This document shows positions 39,162 to 51,359 of a stretch of 64,000 bases of DNA, in pieces (within the stretch, counting starts at the first letter, position 1; the number at the start of each line of letters is the position of its first letter). The translations under genes and the position numbers were made by a program. The notes beneath the pieces were generated by a model that saw only the letters and a program-made list of their open reading frames with translations, was not told where the DNA came from and made no database searches. Location of the stretch: positions 287,060,001-287,124,000 of the forward strand of contig OZ024740.1 of assembly GCA_964016885.1 (NCBI GenBank), in the 5' to 3' direction. This DNA comes from Eledone cirrhosa. Lineage: Eukaryota.

Positions 39162-39692
39162 TGGATTGGCAGTATCGGTAGAGGGTCAGACACCATGCTT
39201 TCCAACATAGTTACGACCCTTTACGATCTGAGTTCAAATACCGCCGAGGTTGACTTTGCCTTTCATCCTTACGGGGTCGATAAAATAAAGTACCAGTAAT
39301 GTACTGGATAATTTGCTGGCCTTGTGCCTAAAGTAGAAACAATTATTTTTAGCATAATTATCTGCTAGAGATTGGGCAGTTTTGAGAATTTGGTAGATTC
39401 TGGTGGATTGTAAACCTTGCAATAAGTAAAACATCAGAACATTAGAAAGAACATAGCATTTTGTTAAGTATGCAAATGAACTAATAAGCATTATTATTTA
39501 AATTGTGAATTGGCAGTATCGGTAGAAGGTTGGACGCCATGCTTTCCAGCATAGTTACGTCCCTTTACGGTCTGAGTTCAAATCCCGTCAAGGTTAACTT
39601 TGCCTTTCATCTTTACGGGGTCGATAAAATAAAGTACCAGTTATGCACTGGGATAATTGCTGGCCTTGTGCCAAAAGTAGAAACAATTATTA
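39162..39692 (+). mobile_element. Two SINE family 1 copies (39162-39348 and 39504-39692)
   Basis: Both match the consensus; the second has TSD attattatttaaatt. Confidence 0.88.
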
Positions 39693-40776
39693 TTTAAATT
39701 TTAATTAGTTTTATTAGTTGCAATGTGTTGCAGTTATTAACAAGTTTATAATACTTGTGAAGGATGTTTAATTAGTTGATAATACTTGAGTCATATTGTT
39801 TTTAAAAATTACCCAATAGCATCCCCCCCCCCCCAAATATTTGCAAAGGGCATAGTGCTGCAGTGATGGTGGTAAATGAACTGGTACTGCTCTTAGTAAT
39901 GTTACTATGGATGATTGTTGTTATAGTTTCCACTGTTGTTGCTGCTGCAGCTACTACTACTACTGCTGCTGCTGTTGTTGTTGTTGCTACTGCTGTCGTC
40001 GTCGTTGTCGCTGTTGTTGTTTTGTTGCTGCTGCTGCTGCTGTTGTTGTTGTTGTAGCGGTGGTGTAGGAGTAGCGGTTGAGGTGGTGGTATGGCGGTGG
40101 TGGTTGTGGTATGGAGGTGGTGGTTGTGGTGGTGGTGATGGTAGCGGTAGCGGTTGTGGTGGTGGTGGTGGTTGAGGTGGTGGCGGCGGTGGCGTTAGGG
40201 AGAGGAGAGAGTGGGTGGCAGCCAGGTTAAAAGATATGTCTGAGAAAAAGTAATGAGGCCATTGTAGTGAGAGGAGATAAATATTAAATTGTCAACCCCC
40301 TCTCCTCCCTCCACCACTCCTATATAAATTAAATGGTGGAGTGAGGAAAGACCCCCCTCCCCCATCTCCTCGTATATATTGTTTAGTAAACTTAGTTAAA
40401 GTAAACAAGCATGTGATAGTAACAAGCTTCTTACAAAGAGAAGACACGGGAAAATGTCTTGTTTTTCTTAGTAGCTCTGATCCTTGAAGAATCACTGAGA
40501 ACTGGAGGACATTGACAACAAATAGAAGTGGAACAATACATTCACATACACACACACACGTGTGCATATGTGTATTTGCACATGACACCAACTTTGAAGC
40601 CTACACACACACACACACACACTGATACACACACACACAGACACACACACACACAGACACACACAAACACACGTATGTGTGTGTGTGTGTGTATTTGCCT
40701 GTGATACCAATTTTCAACGCTTCACTCATTATTTATTTTGTATTAATGAGTGGTAGTTACTAGCATTTCAAGTTTT

Positions 40777-40792
40777 ACACACACACACCACA

Positions 40793-40885
<93 letters not shown>

Positions 40886-41069
40886 ACACACACACACACA
40901 CACATACACACACACACACACACACCACACACACACACACACACATACACACCACACCACACCACACCACACACACACACCACACACACACACCACACCA
41001 CACACACACACACACCACACACACCACACCACACCACACACACACACACACACACACCACACACACACA

Positions 41070-41100
<31 letters not shown>

Positions 41101-41107
41101 CCACACA

Positions 41108-41138
<31 letters not shown>

Positions 41139-41150
41139 CACACACACACA
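40777..41150. repeat. (CA)n / (CACCA)n compound microsatellite
   Basis: Directly visible. Confidence 0.98.
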
Positions 41151-42385
41151 CTCATACTAACCAGCCAATGTCATAGCCTCTATATGATCGCTTGATGTGC
41201 TAGAAAAATCCTCCATTTGAAAATAAGGGCCCACAGGATCCATAATATCTAAAAAAAAAAAAAATGACACTACAGCTATAGAACAACAACATTTACATAT
41301 TATTCCTGCACACATTGACCACATTTGTTTACTATTAGTCATTTAGTCTTTGTTACCCTCTCTTAATTGAAAAAATGTTATTTTAATTAATTGAAATTCT
41401 TTTCTGCACCACATGGATTATATTAGTACTCATATATATAATGAAACAGTTCTAGTCCTGTAGAAGCCATTTCTATTTTGAATATTTATACTGTTATGTA
41501 TTGAGTACCTTACTTACTGTGGTTACCCCTGATTGAACCCGATACACACACACACACATATAATTATTCAAATTCCGTTTGATTGTTCAACAATAATGAA
41601 AAATCACAGAAAATAGTGTTTACTCAATGTACAAATTATTTCAATTGGTAGATCCTGTTCTAGTTATATAGGTTCAAAGTGTAACAAATTACGGAGTATA
41701 TATAGAAAATTACAAAACTATTATTAAAAACACCTTAATCCAGATAAGTGGGAATAACTTTTATTGTGTAACACACTTACACGTGTTTCATCATATACAT
41801 TACATATAAGTCTTGGACTGCTAACATTTGATTATTTGATTATTTTAATCAAATTATCCCTCATCCAACTTGTTAAATATCTAGTTACATAATAAGTGTT
41901 ACACAATAAAAGTTATTCCCACTTATCTGGATTATGGTGTTTTTTAATAATATTTTTGTAATTATATATATATATATATATTATATATATATATTATAAT
42001 AACTAGCAGAAAAACCACCCTTCGGGTGGTTTTCTGCTAGCATGTGTAGTGTGTATATATATATTATGCGCAAGTATATATGCATGTAATGATCAAAAAT
42101 CGTAATTGACAATATACACAGAAATTGAAGAGAGACTGTGTTACACTGTCTTCTGTAATCAGTAACATAATCCATGATACATTAAAAAAAGAAGATATTA
42201 TATATAAACTGTATTAGGAGAAAATTAGTGACGGAAATATATGAATATTTATTTAAACGATCGCTAACCAGAAGAGTTGACATTAAACAATTTTAAAGAA
42301 GTGAATCTTTAAATAAGTAATAAAATATATTTAATGAACAGCTACGAAATTTAGTAGATAAATTATGTAATATTCATTCATTATT

Positions 42386-42502
42386 TATTCAAATCCCGCC
42401 GAGGTTAACTTTGCCTTTCATCCTTACGGGGTCGATAAAATAAAGTACCAGTAATGCACTGGGTAATTGCTGGCCTTGTGCCAATAGTAGAAACAATTAT
42501 TT
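42386..42502 (+). mobile_element. SINE family 1, 5'-truncated at the B-box
   Basis: ttcaaatcccgccgagg...gtagaaacaattat; TSD ttatttattcaaa. Confidence 0.85.
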
Positions 42503-42709
42503 ATTCAAAGTAATCCAACTTATTTTACTAAGGCGATAAAAATTTATAAACCGTACACAGTCCTCCGTTTCTTACTTTATTATAGTTTAGATACTGAAAC
42601 AAAGTCATTGTATAGGACCAATATGCCTTTGATCATTTCCCCACTCATTCAATGCTTTAATTAAGCAAAAATCATTAAGATACCAATCAAAAGGAAAGCA
42701 GAGTGCACA

Positions 42710-42748
<39 letters not shown>

Positions 42749-42752
<4 letters not shown>

Positions 42753-42945
42753 AAAATGTTTAACCCCGACAGCAGAGCTCATGGCGTTTCGACGGCTATT
42801 TCTGGACTCCAGAAATAGCCATCGAAACGGCTTGAGCTCTGCCGTCGGGGTTAAACATTTTCCTATTACCCACTCTACTACCCTAAGTATTGAGTACTCT
42901 GGTACGTTATGGTCCATCTAGTTCCTTACCACACTTCCTTCATTA
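42749..42945 (+). mobile_element. (TA)n-embedded element: inverted plus direct copy of a hammerhead-like 3' half (putative Penelope pLTR fragment)
   Basis: 58-bp inverted arms (42749-42806 and 42808-42865); the direct arm has GAAA-CGGC..GCCG-TC-GGGG; (TA)n on both sides. Confidence 0.55.
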
Positions 42946-42957
42946 TATATATATAAT

Positions 42958-43138
42958 AATAATTGTTTCTACTCTTGGCACAAGGTCACCATCCCAGTGT
43001 ATTACTGGTGCTTTATTTTATCGACCCCTTAAGGATGAAAGGCAAAGTTGACCTCGGCGGGATTTGAACTCAGAATGGCAAGGGCCGTAACTCAATGCAT
43101 GGCATCCGGCCCTCTACCGATACTGCCAACCCACCGCC
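42958..43138 (-). mobile_element. SINE family 1
   Basis: Reverse complement of the consensus. Confidence 0.85.
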
Positions 43139-43142
43139 CTTT

Positions 43143-43185
<43 letters not shown>

Positions 43186-43522
43186 TTTTCTTTCTTTATT
43201 TCTTTATTTTTTTAACTGAAACAAAGTATCAATATAACATCATTATGTTTATTCACATGCCTTTGGCGATCGATCAACTCAAAGTATGATCGATAATGAT
43301 GAAGCCCAACTCTAGAATTGATAGCTCATCAGACTTGTGCATTCCTTCATTAAAGAATCCACAAGTTTGATGAGCTACTGATTCCAAAATTGGGGTCAAT
43401 TGCAAAACACGCATCACACATGAATAAGCCTAATGATGCTATATTCATTCCTGTGTTGAAGAAATATATTAGTTTAATACTATATCTAGTAGGAAAACAT
43501 ACATGCACATACATACATATAA

Positions 43523-43869
43523 CCCAATAAAATGCAGGCATAACAGACCAGATATAATGATATGGGACAGGGAAAAGAAGGCATGCACAGTAGTGGAAGT
43601 TAGCTGCCCAGCAGATGCCAATATAATATCAAAGATTAGCAAAAAGGAGAACTAATGAGAAATCTGCAGATACTCCACGCTAACTATACCTTTAGATTCA
43701 TATCTGTGATTTTGGGGTACTGGGATAAGTTAGTAACTGCCTCAATACAAATCTTGAGAAGCTGGGCTTCACAGGAACAGAAAGAACACAACTAGTTAGG
43801 AAATTACAAGTACAATCCATTAATGGAACAGTAAAAATATGTAAAACATTCCAAAAATTTTGCATCTAA
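43523..43869 (+). mobile_element. RLE-type (R4/NeSL-like) non-LTR retrotransposon remnant
   Basis: PIKCRHNRPDIMIWDREKKACTVVEVSCPAD...(frameshift) ELMRNLQ...VILG...GTVKICKTF; PD..(D/E)xK-like endonuclease signature. Not in the ORF track. Confidence 0.8.
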
Positions 43870-44116
43870 TAACTACATGTACACATGTACAGATACAAAG
43901 CATATGCACATGCACACATACAACTCAAAACATACACATCCACACATACAATAACATCCATACCTGCACACACATTGCATGCATGCAGACATGCATACAT
44001 ATCTACTTAGTTGATGTGTAAATTCCAATGAGAGAGTCTTGTAACTATGTAAGTAACTGACTCTCTCTATTGGCAAATATTTGTGAAATTATAAAACTAG
44101 AAGAACATATATATAT

Positions 44117-44159
<43 letters not shown>

Positions 44160-44594
44160 TGTGTATGTATGCGTATTTGACAGCTGACTGTCAATGTGTG
44201 GGAGGTAATGATGGCGGGCATGTGGTGGGGGCATAGGGTGCAAACGTAGCAGTATTGTAAATTGTGTGTGTATGAAGCCCAGTGATGGGTTTTAGAGGTA
44301 ATGTGTCTGTGGTGGAATTGAGGGTGTAGTGGTTGTGGCCAATATAATTTTAGTTGTTGCCAAGATAGGAGAGATATGTAATAGTTGTACAAAGTTAAGC
44401 TGCAGCTTGTAGTAGTAGTTGTCATAGTGTTTACATTGGCACACAGCCTCAAATTTGGGGCAGGTATATTTGATTTAAATGACCCATGCACTTAAAAGTC
44501 TAAAAGTCTGTGTTAAGCCAAAAGGCTTGTTAGGCTGGTGCTTATCCCGGTTTCATGGTGTGAAGTGACTGAGAGTACAATACAGCTTTGAACA

Positions 44595-45165
44595 GCTGTT
44601 ATATACCGCTTTAGAAGCAGAATCAGGATGGCGAGAGAGGTGCTGTACCCCAGCAAGTTTTATGAAAGGTGGGTGAAAGTGGCGAGAATGGCCCGAGTGA
44701 ATGGGCCTTCTCTCTATAACAGCCTCTAGGTTGAAGAAAAAGAGGAAAGGGGTACTCACTCTTCGTACTCCTGGAGATGAGGGTTGCACATTTTTTCGGG
44801 GGTATGTGTTATCCATATGTAATGTCACCTTCTATTGGGGAAAATCGATTGATTTTTAAATTGCATTTGTGATAGTATTATATTTTACACGTTTTTGGTG
44901 GTGGATTGGCAGTATCGGTAGAGGGTCGGACGCCATGCTTTCCAGCATAGTTACGTCCCTTTACGATCTGAGTTCAAATCCCGCCGAGGTTGACTTTGCC
45001 TTTCATCCTTACGGGGTCGAAAAATAAAGTACCAGTAATGCACTGGGTAATTGCTGGCCTTGTGCCTAAAGTAGAAACAATTATATTTTACACGTTTTTA
45101 TTGTATGTAAACTTCCCCTTTTGTATTTGTCCCCTTCTTTTGTGTCCCTGTGGCTAATAAAGAAA
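44595..45165 (+). mobile_element. Tx1/L1-like LINE 3' end, interrupted by a SINE
   Basis: agcaagttttatgaaaggtgggtgaa...gcgagaatgg homologous to 56297-56340; ends ctgtggctAATAAAgaaa. Confidence 0.6.
44897..45080 (+). mobile_element. tRNA-derived SINE family 1 (about 185 bp), full length with TSD
   Basis: A-box tggcagtatcgg, B-box gagttcaaatccc, central ctttgcctttcatccttacggggtcga..aaataaagtaccag (resembles the Meta/MESC SINE domain, from memory); 19-bp TSD ttatattttacacgttttt. Confidence 0.9.
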
Positions 45166-48026
45166 CATATCTATATTACACAATTGTATCATGCAAAGTG
45201 TGTGTGTAGTTGTTTGCATGTTCCTGTGCTTGTGTGTATGTATTGTCTGTGTGTATGCGTGATGTAGTAGTATGTTAGCCCCAGGTGAGCTCTGATTGAA
45301 TAAATTTAATGATGGTGTTTCACCTGACCATCTCATCCTTTTTTTTATATTAATAGATAAAGACCACCTCAAACATCTTTTTCTTTGTCAGTTGGGTGTG
45401 ATTTAAATAAGATTTGGTTGCTATTTCTAGCAGACTGAGTAACCATGTAGAATCTTTCTCATTGGCTTGTTGATGTGTATGTACGTATGTATGTATGTAT
45501 GTATTTTAGATCATTGGCTGGGCTAAAAAGCCACATTCGATCGCAGCGCTGTTAGTTGCTATCGTGTGTGTGTGTGTGTGTGTGTAGATATGTTTATGTG
45601 TGTGCATGTATGTGTATATATATATGTATATGTATATTATTATTGTTGTTGTCGTTATTATTATTGTTGTTATTATTATTATTGTTATTAATGTATGTAT
45701 GTGTGTGTATGTATATGTATGCGTATATATATATATATATATTTATTTTTTTAATTTTTATTTTATTTTTTATTTATTTATTATTATTTTTTTTTTCTTG
45801 TGCAATGGCCATACTCGATAACGAGGGGGCAGCCATCATGTATGTATGTATGTATGTATGTATGTATGTATGTATGTATATATATATATATGTGTGTATT
45901 TATGTTTGTATGTATATATGTGTATTTAAGTTTGTGTGTGTGTATGACTGTTCCAGTGTATATGGTTGTTTGTTGGTTTGGATGTGTAGGTGTCTTTGTA
46001 TGTGTGTTTTTTTTCAGTAGATGTATGTGTCTCTCTGTGTATGCATATATCTTTGTGTGTCAGCTTGGCTAGCTGTGTATGCTGTATCAGTGTGTCTATT
46101 TGACTATGCAGGTATATATGTGTATGTGTATATTTCTCTTTTACTCACCCCTCTATCTCTTTCATTTTGTTTCTTTCCACTTTTTATTTATTTATTTTTC
46201 TGTAAAAACTCTCTCTCCCCCCCCCTCTCTCTCTCTCTCTCTCACTCACTCACTCACTCACTCACTCACTCACTCACTCACTCTCTCCCTCTCTCACTCT
46301 CTCCCTCCCTCCCTCTCTCTTCATTCACTACACTTCAATATTGCTCTTTATTCTCTCCTGTATAGTACCTGCCTCTCTTCCTCAAAACCCCTTCCTCTCT
46401 TCCTTACAGTACCCCCTCTCTCTCATAGTCCCTTCCTCTCCTCTCATAGTATCTCCCTCTCCCCATTATAATACCTTCTTCTTCCCCTTATAGTATCTCC
46501 CTATCCTCCTTATAGTACCTTCCACTCTCCCTATAGTATCTCCCTCTTCTCCTTATAGTACCTTATTCCTCTCCTTATAGTAGCAGACTTTCCCAGTTTT
46601 AATTGCTGACTCACCTCATAGCTCTTAAACTCCTTTACTTTCCTTCTCACAGTACATAACTCTCCCTTTTGTAGCTCCTTGGTATCCTTATAACTCTTGA
46701 CTCTACCCCTTATAGTCCCTGACACTCCTTGTAGCACATGGCTCTCCCAACATTATAGTACTTACTCAATATAATTCTTGACCCTTTCACTTATAGCTCC
46801 CTACTATCCTTCTAATCACATCTTCCTTTCCTTCTAACATCTGACTTGTTATAGCCCTTTACTTCTAATAACTTCTTACTGTCTCTAGAGTCCTTTACAC
46901 TCCCATTTAAACTTCCTTTATCTCCTTTTTGGGGTATCTGCTATAGCCCCTTACATTTTTTACTCTTCCTCATAACTCTCATTTTCCCTATTATATCTCC
47001 CTAGTCTCCTTCATATCTTGTTGTCACTCTCCCTCTAATACATATTTACTCTCTTTCATCACTTCATTCTTTTCCAAGCCACTCCATTCTCATCCACCTC
47101 CTTACTCTCCTTACATTCTCACTCTTTCATTGTGCTTTCTTACTCTCAAACTATGTCTTATTTATTCTTTATTCTTCTGGCATACTTTCTTTCCTCTCAT
47201 CTTCCTTTACCGTCTTTCTCCTGTACTCTTTGATTTCTTTCTTTTACCTCCTTTCTCCTCTCTGTGTACATCCTTGTTCCTCTTCATTCACCTCTGTGGT
47301 CTCCTTCGTTCACCTTTTTGCTTTCATCATATTACCTTACTCTTCTCCATTTATCTCCTTGCCTCTCTTCAGACCCTTGATTAATTCCCTTCACTGCCTT
47401 ACTTTACTCCTTTGACATCCTGGCTTCCTTCTTTCACGTTTCCCCTAACAACCCATCAGATCCTAGCTTTCCACATTCTTGTTCCCTTTTCATAGGAATC
47501 ATCTACATCGTTTATATGTTTACTTGTTTTTCTGCTTTCCTCAGTCCACTTTCTTTCTTTGCACCTTCCATGCTGTTGCTCTCCTCCTTTCTCATCCTAG
47601 TTTTCTTCTATTTCCATACACCCTTTTCATATTTTACTCTCCTTACATCTATCTTGTTTAGATCTTTGCATTTCTTTATTCATAAGCCTGTTTTCCTATT
47701 CTTGTTTTCCCCTCTTTATATCCTTGTTTTTCTCCTGTTACATTCCTGTTCTTCAAATTTTTAAAAGTCCCCTTCCCTTCTTTTCTTGTTATTGTCTACT
47801 TCACCTATTCTTGCCCTCTTCTTATTCTCTATTTACCTTGTTTATCACCTGCTGTCAGTCTTTACACACCTCTTTACTTTCTCTTCCCTATACCTAAACT
47901 CACCTAAGGCTCTGTGTTTCCTTGAAGGACATTGTTTTAAAAAGATCACTTATAACGGAACACACCCCTTTCTCTTGCTTTCTCAATTTTTCCCTCTCTT
48001 TCTTCTCTCACATACACAGATATACT

Positions 48027-48375
48027 TCATCATCATCCATCATCTGGGCGTGCTTATTGCATGGATTGCCATGACTCATTCTCTCTAGTCTGTTCAGTCT
48101 GCCATTACTTGTGGTAGGTCTTCTCGGGTGCACTCAGAATCCTTGCACAGTTGCTTTTTGTGGGTTTGATGTGGTCTACCAACATTTGCTTACCCATGCT
48201 TCGTTTCCTAAAGAAGAATGTCGCTGATCATTTCATCCTTTGCTCTCCAGCAATGTCTAGCAAATCTTCTTTCTCTGATAATGTGTGATATTGGTGGTAA
48301 ATTTCCATAAAGAAGTTCTTTCAGGAGATGTCCAGAGCAGCTAGAAGCATTCTTGTATAGGTTCCATCAATTTTC
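48027..48375 (-). mobile_element. Degraded RTE-like LINE 3' end
   Basis: (CAT)n tail at the left edge; reverse strand gives DGTYTRML, similar to the 36171 element (LDGTYTRLL). Confidence 0.55.
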
Positions 48376-48850
48376 ATAGACACATACATATGGCTTTACA
48401 GACGCCTACACATCCTTACATACATATGCAATAATCAATCATATACATATAAACACACAACACAATGAAGCACTTCATTAATAATGCAGTGCTCCCACTG
48501 ATTACAATTGTGATCTTTTTCTCCTTATGGTACCTATTTACATCAATGGGAGTTAGGCCATCTGAGAGTTATGTGAGCACACACACATGCACACACACAC
48601 ATGCACATACACACATGCACATGCACGCACAAATACACACACACCTTCATTTTGGCAGAAAGGGCAGTAAATAAATAACTAAACACACTTGTATTGACTG
48701 CTTTAAAACCTTAGCAGAATAGAAATGTATTGAATATGTTCAACTCCAATTTCTATATATCATCATCATCATCCTTTTAATGTCTGTTTCAATGCTTGCA
48801 TAGGTTAGACACATATATTGAAAATACTATAATTAACGAATACATTTTGT

Positions 48851-49093
48851 TTAATTCTTTAGCATTTAAACCGGCCATATCCGGCCGGAATTCTCTTACC
48901 TCTTTCGGTTCAAACCAGCTGTAACCGGTCGCTCATACTGATGTTAAGGTATTATTCTCGAAATAAATAGCATCAGAATCTTGTAGATTCGATATTATGT
49001 AAGATAATTATAAAGCCTTTACCATGAAAATACAATAGTTTATATAGAAAATACAATAGTATATATAGAGTAATGTAAATGCTAAAGGGTTAA
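48851..49093 (+). mobile_element. TTAA MITE family A
   Basis: ttaattctttagcattt ... aaatgctaaagggttaa; internal duplication of gaaaatacaatagt.tatata. Confidence 0.85.
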
Positions 49094-49094
49094 A

Positions 49095-50500
49095 CAGCTA
49101 TATGTATGTGACAAAGAATAGCTGGCTGAGCAAGATAAAAGGACAATATGCATAATAAAGTACAATAGGATATGTGGGAGGATTGACAACAGGTGATAAA
49201 TATGAAAATATGTTTATTTAGTGAAATTCCATGCCACTTTAAAGGAGCAGGCAAAAATGCTAGATGGAACTACCAATCATATTTTAAAGGAAAGTTTGAT
49301 ACAAATACATGAAAATATTCAACATTAATAGTGGTAATCTTAACAATTAAATATGATATACAATGCTAGTTTTGTAAAAGATTTCCTTAAAGTGCATCAT
49401 CACTTTATGGATGGGATATTCAAAAGGAGTAGCAGTTAATAAGATGTTATATACCAAAATCCTTTCTTTATCTCGTTTTGTTTCAGATGATCTTACTCAT
49501 ATAATTATCACTATAATTATAAAAAAAAGCAGCATTAAGTTCTTAGACAAACTATATGAATAAAAATTTTTCTGTAAAAAAATATATTAAAAAGATGCTG
49601 TTGAGTAATCAACAAACCTGTTTCTGGTATAAATCTACCATTTTTAGTAATATTAAAAAATATGTCAAAATCTGTAGATAAAATAAAAAACGACTGTGTA
49701 AGGTGCTCCTTTTGCAGGCTGTCATGAAAAGGATGATAGTTTTTTCTATAATCCTTCTCGATGGCCTCATTAGCTTGATTAGCTCATTCTCAATAATGAA
49801 CCACTTCATTCCATTCCAATCATTTATTTAAGTAACTATGAGAGGAATACTGGTTTCATGTGTGTATGCACTCTTGCCTGGAAAAAGTTTACAAATTTAT
49901 CCAGAAATGCCCAAATTTCTAATAAATAAAATGGAAGAATTACTTATATTTCTTGACTTTGAACTTGTTGCAATGCAAGCAGTATCAATTATTCTTTGAA
50001 CATATGTTATTACACATAGGTGTTTTTATAATCTCACTGAAACATAGCACCTGGAGAAAAGATTAAAAAAAACTAGAAAAGACAGGATTTTACAAGTATA
50101 TTTAAACATCATCATCATCATTGTTGTTTTAATGCCTTCTTTCTTTGATAGCAAAGGTGTTGAAACATTTCTGCTGAATGTTATATGGTCTAGCATTTTT
50201 GCATGAAAATAGCATAAAAGAAAGTATAAATTATTTTAAAGTGTATATTCCTAAAGGGATGGAAGATTTAGTTAGATATTTTGATGAGACTTACATTACA
50301 GAAACTTATTGATAAATGCATTTATAGAAAGCCAGATGGATACTGAAATTACATCTGAAATTCCCTCGGTTTAATCTTTCACTCTGGAATATAAGAAGAT
50401 TGAGTAAATAAATACAAATAACAGTTGTGAAGGAGGGAATGCATCCTTTGTATAATTAGTTGGATATTCTCAGCCAACATTTTGGGCTTCTGTTAAATTA
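49095..50500 (+). pseudogene. Mutator/MULE transposase fossil
   Basis: From 49841: LVSCVYALLPGKS..IY...IFLDFELVAMQAV...CFYNL..TWRK. From about 50236: LVRYFDETYI...PRFNLSLWNI...TNNSCEGGN.SF..LVGYSQPTFW. These are MULE DDE core and C-terminal motifs with stops and frameshifts. The 5' boundary is uncertain. Confidence 0.7.
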
Positions 50501-51359
50501 AAACATGCACAAAGATTGATGTTACCAAATTATATATACACTAAAGTGGTCTTATAGGGGTCACAACAAAAAGCACCCAGTCCACACTGTAAAGTGGTCA
50601 TGTAGGAGACATGGTAGAAAGCACCTAGCACACTCTGTAAATGTGATTGACGCTACAAAGGGCATCTAGCTGTAGAAAACCAGCCAGAAACAGTTCTATA
50701 TGAGTGAGACACGGTCACCTGACCCAACTTGCCTCAAGTGGGACAAACCCCTTTAACCCATGCTAGCATGGAAGATAGACATTAAACGATGATGATGATG
50801 ATGATATGAATATTGTTTCCCTTTTAGAGCATTGTACTGCCAATAAAAACACATGCACTAGTTGAGTTTCTCTTTGGCTTTATTATTAGTCAGCTAACAA
50901 ATCCATTTATCAGTTAGTTTAGTAACCAGATGGTTATTTAATTGTCAAAGCTCTTTCATCACACATTCTATGACCTTCTCAATGACAATTTTTGCTCATT
51001 GTATCTCCTTCTCAATTTGATTTTTGTGTGTGCAGGCATGCATGTGTGTGTCTCTTTATATATTGACTCCCACAAGTTTCTTTGTGTGGTGTATGTGTGT
51101 GTGCATATGTGTTTGTCTGTGTATATATATAGTGCTACTCCTGCAAGTTCCTGTGTGTTTACCTTTATATGTAGTATATCTGTGTATACTCTCATGACCT
51201 CCCACCAACTTTCATATATCTACTTTTCTATCTCTGTTCATATCTATACACTTATTGACATCTCTGCACTTGTTGCCATGTCTGTTTTTGCTATCCCTAT
51301 GTGTCTTAATATTTTTGTTTCTCATCCCTAAGTTCTGGAGTTATTACTATTCTATTTCT

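Noticed and set aside
42749-42865. Arm-to-arm covariation between the 26421 and 42749 hairpins as evidence for a conserved pre-miRNA
   Set aside because: If the arms are inverted duplicates made at insertion, their mutual complementarity is automatic. Only pairing within one arm (stem III) is informative.
49945-50052. Strong minus-strand splice acceptor (ttttctccag|gtg)
   Set aside because: Stops occur in all frames, and the segment is explained as + strand MULE transposase sequence.
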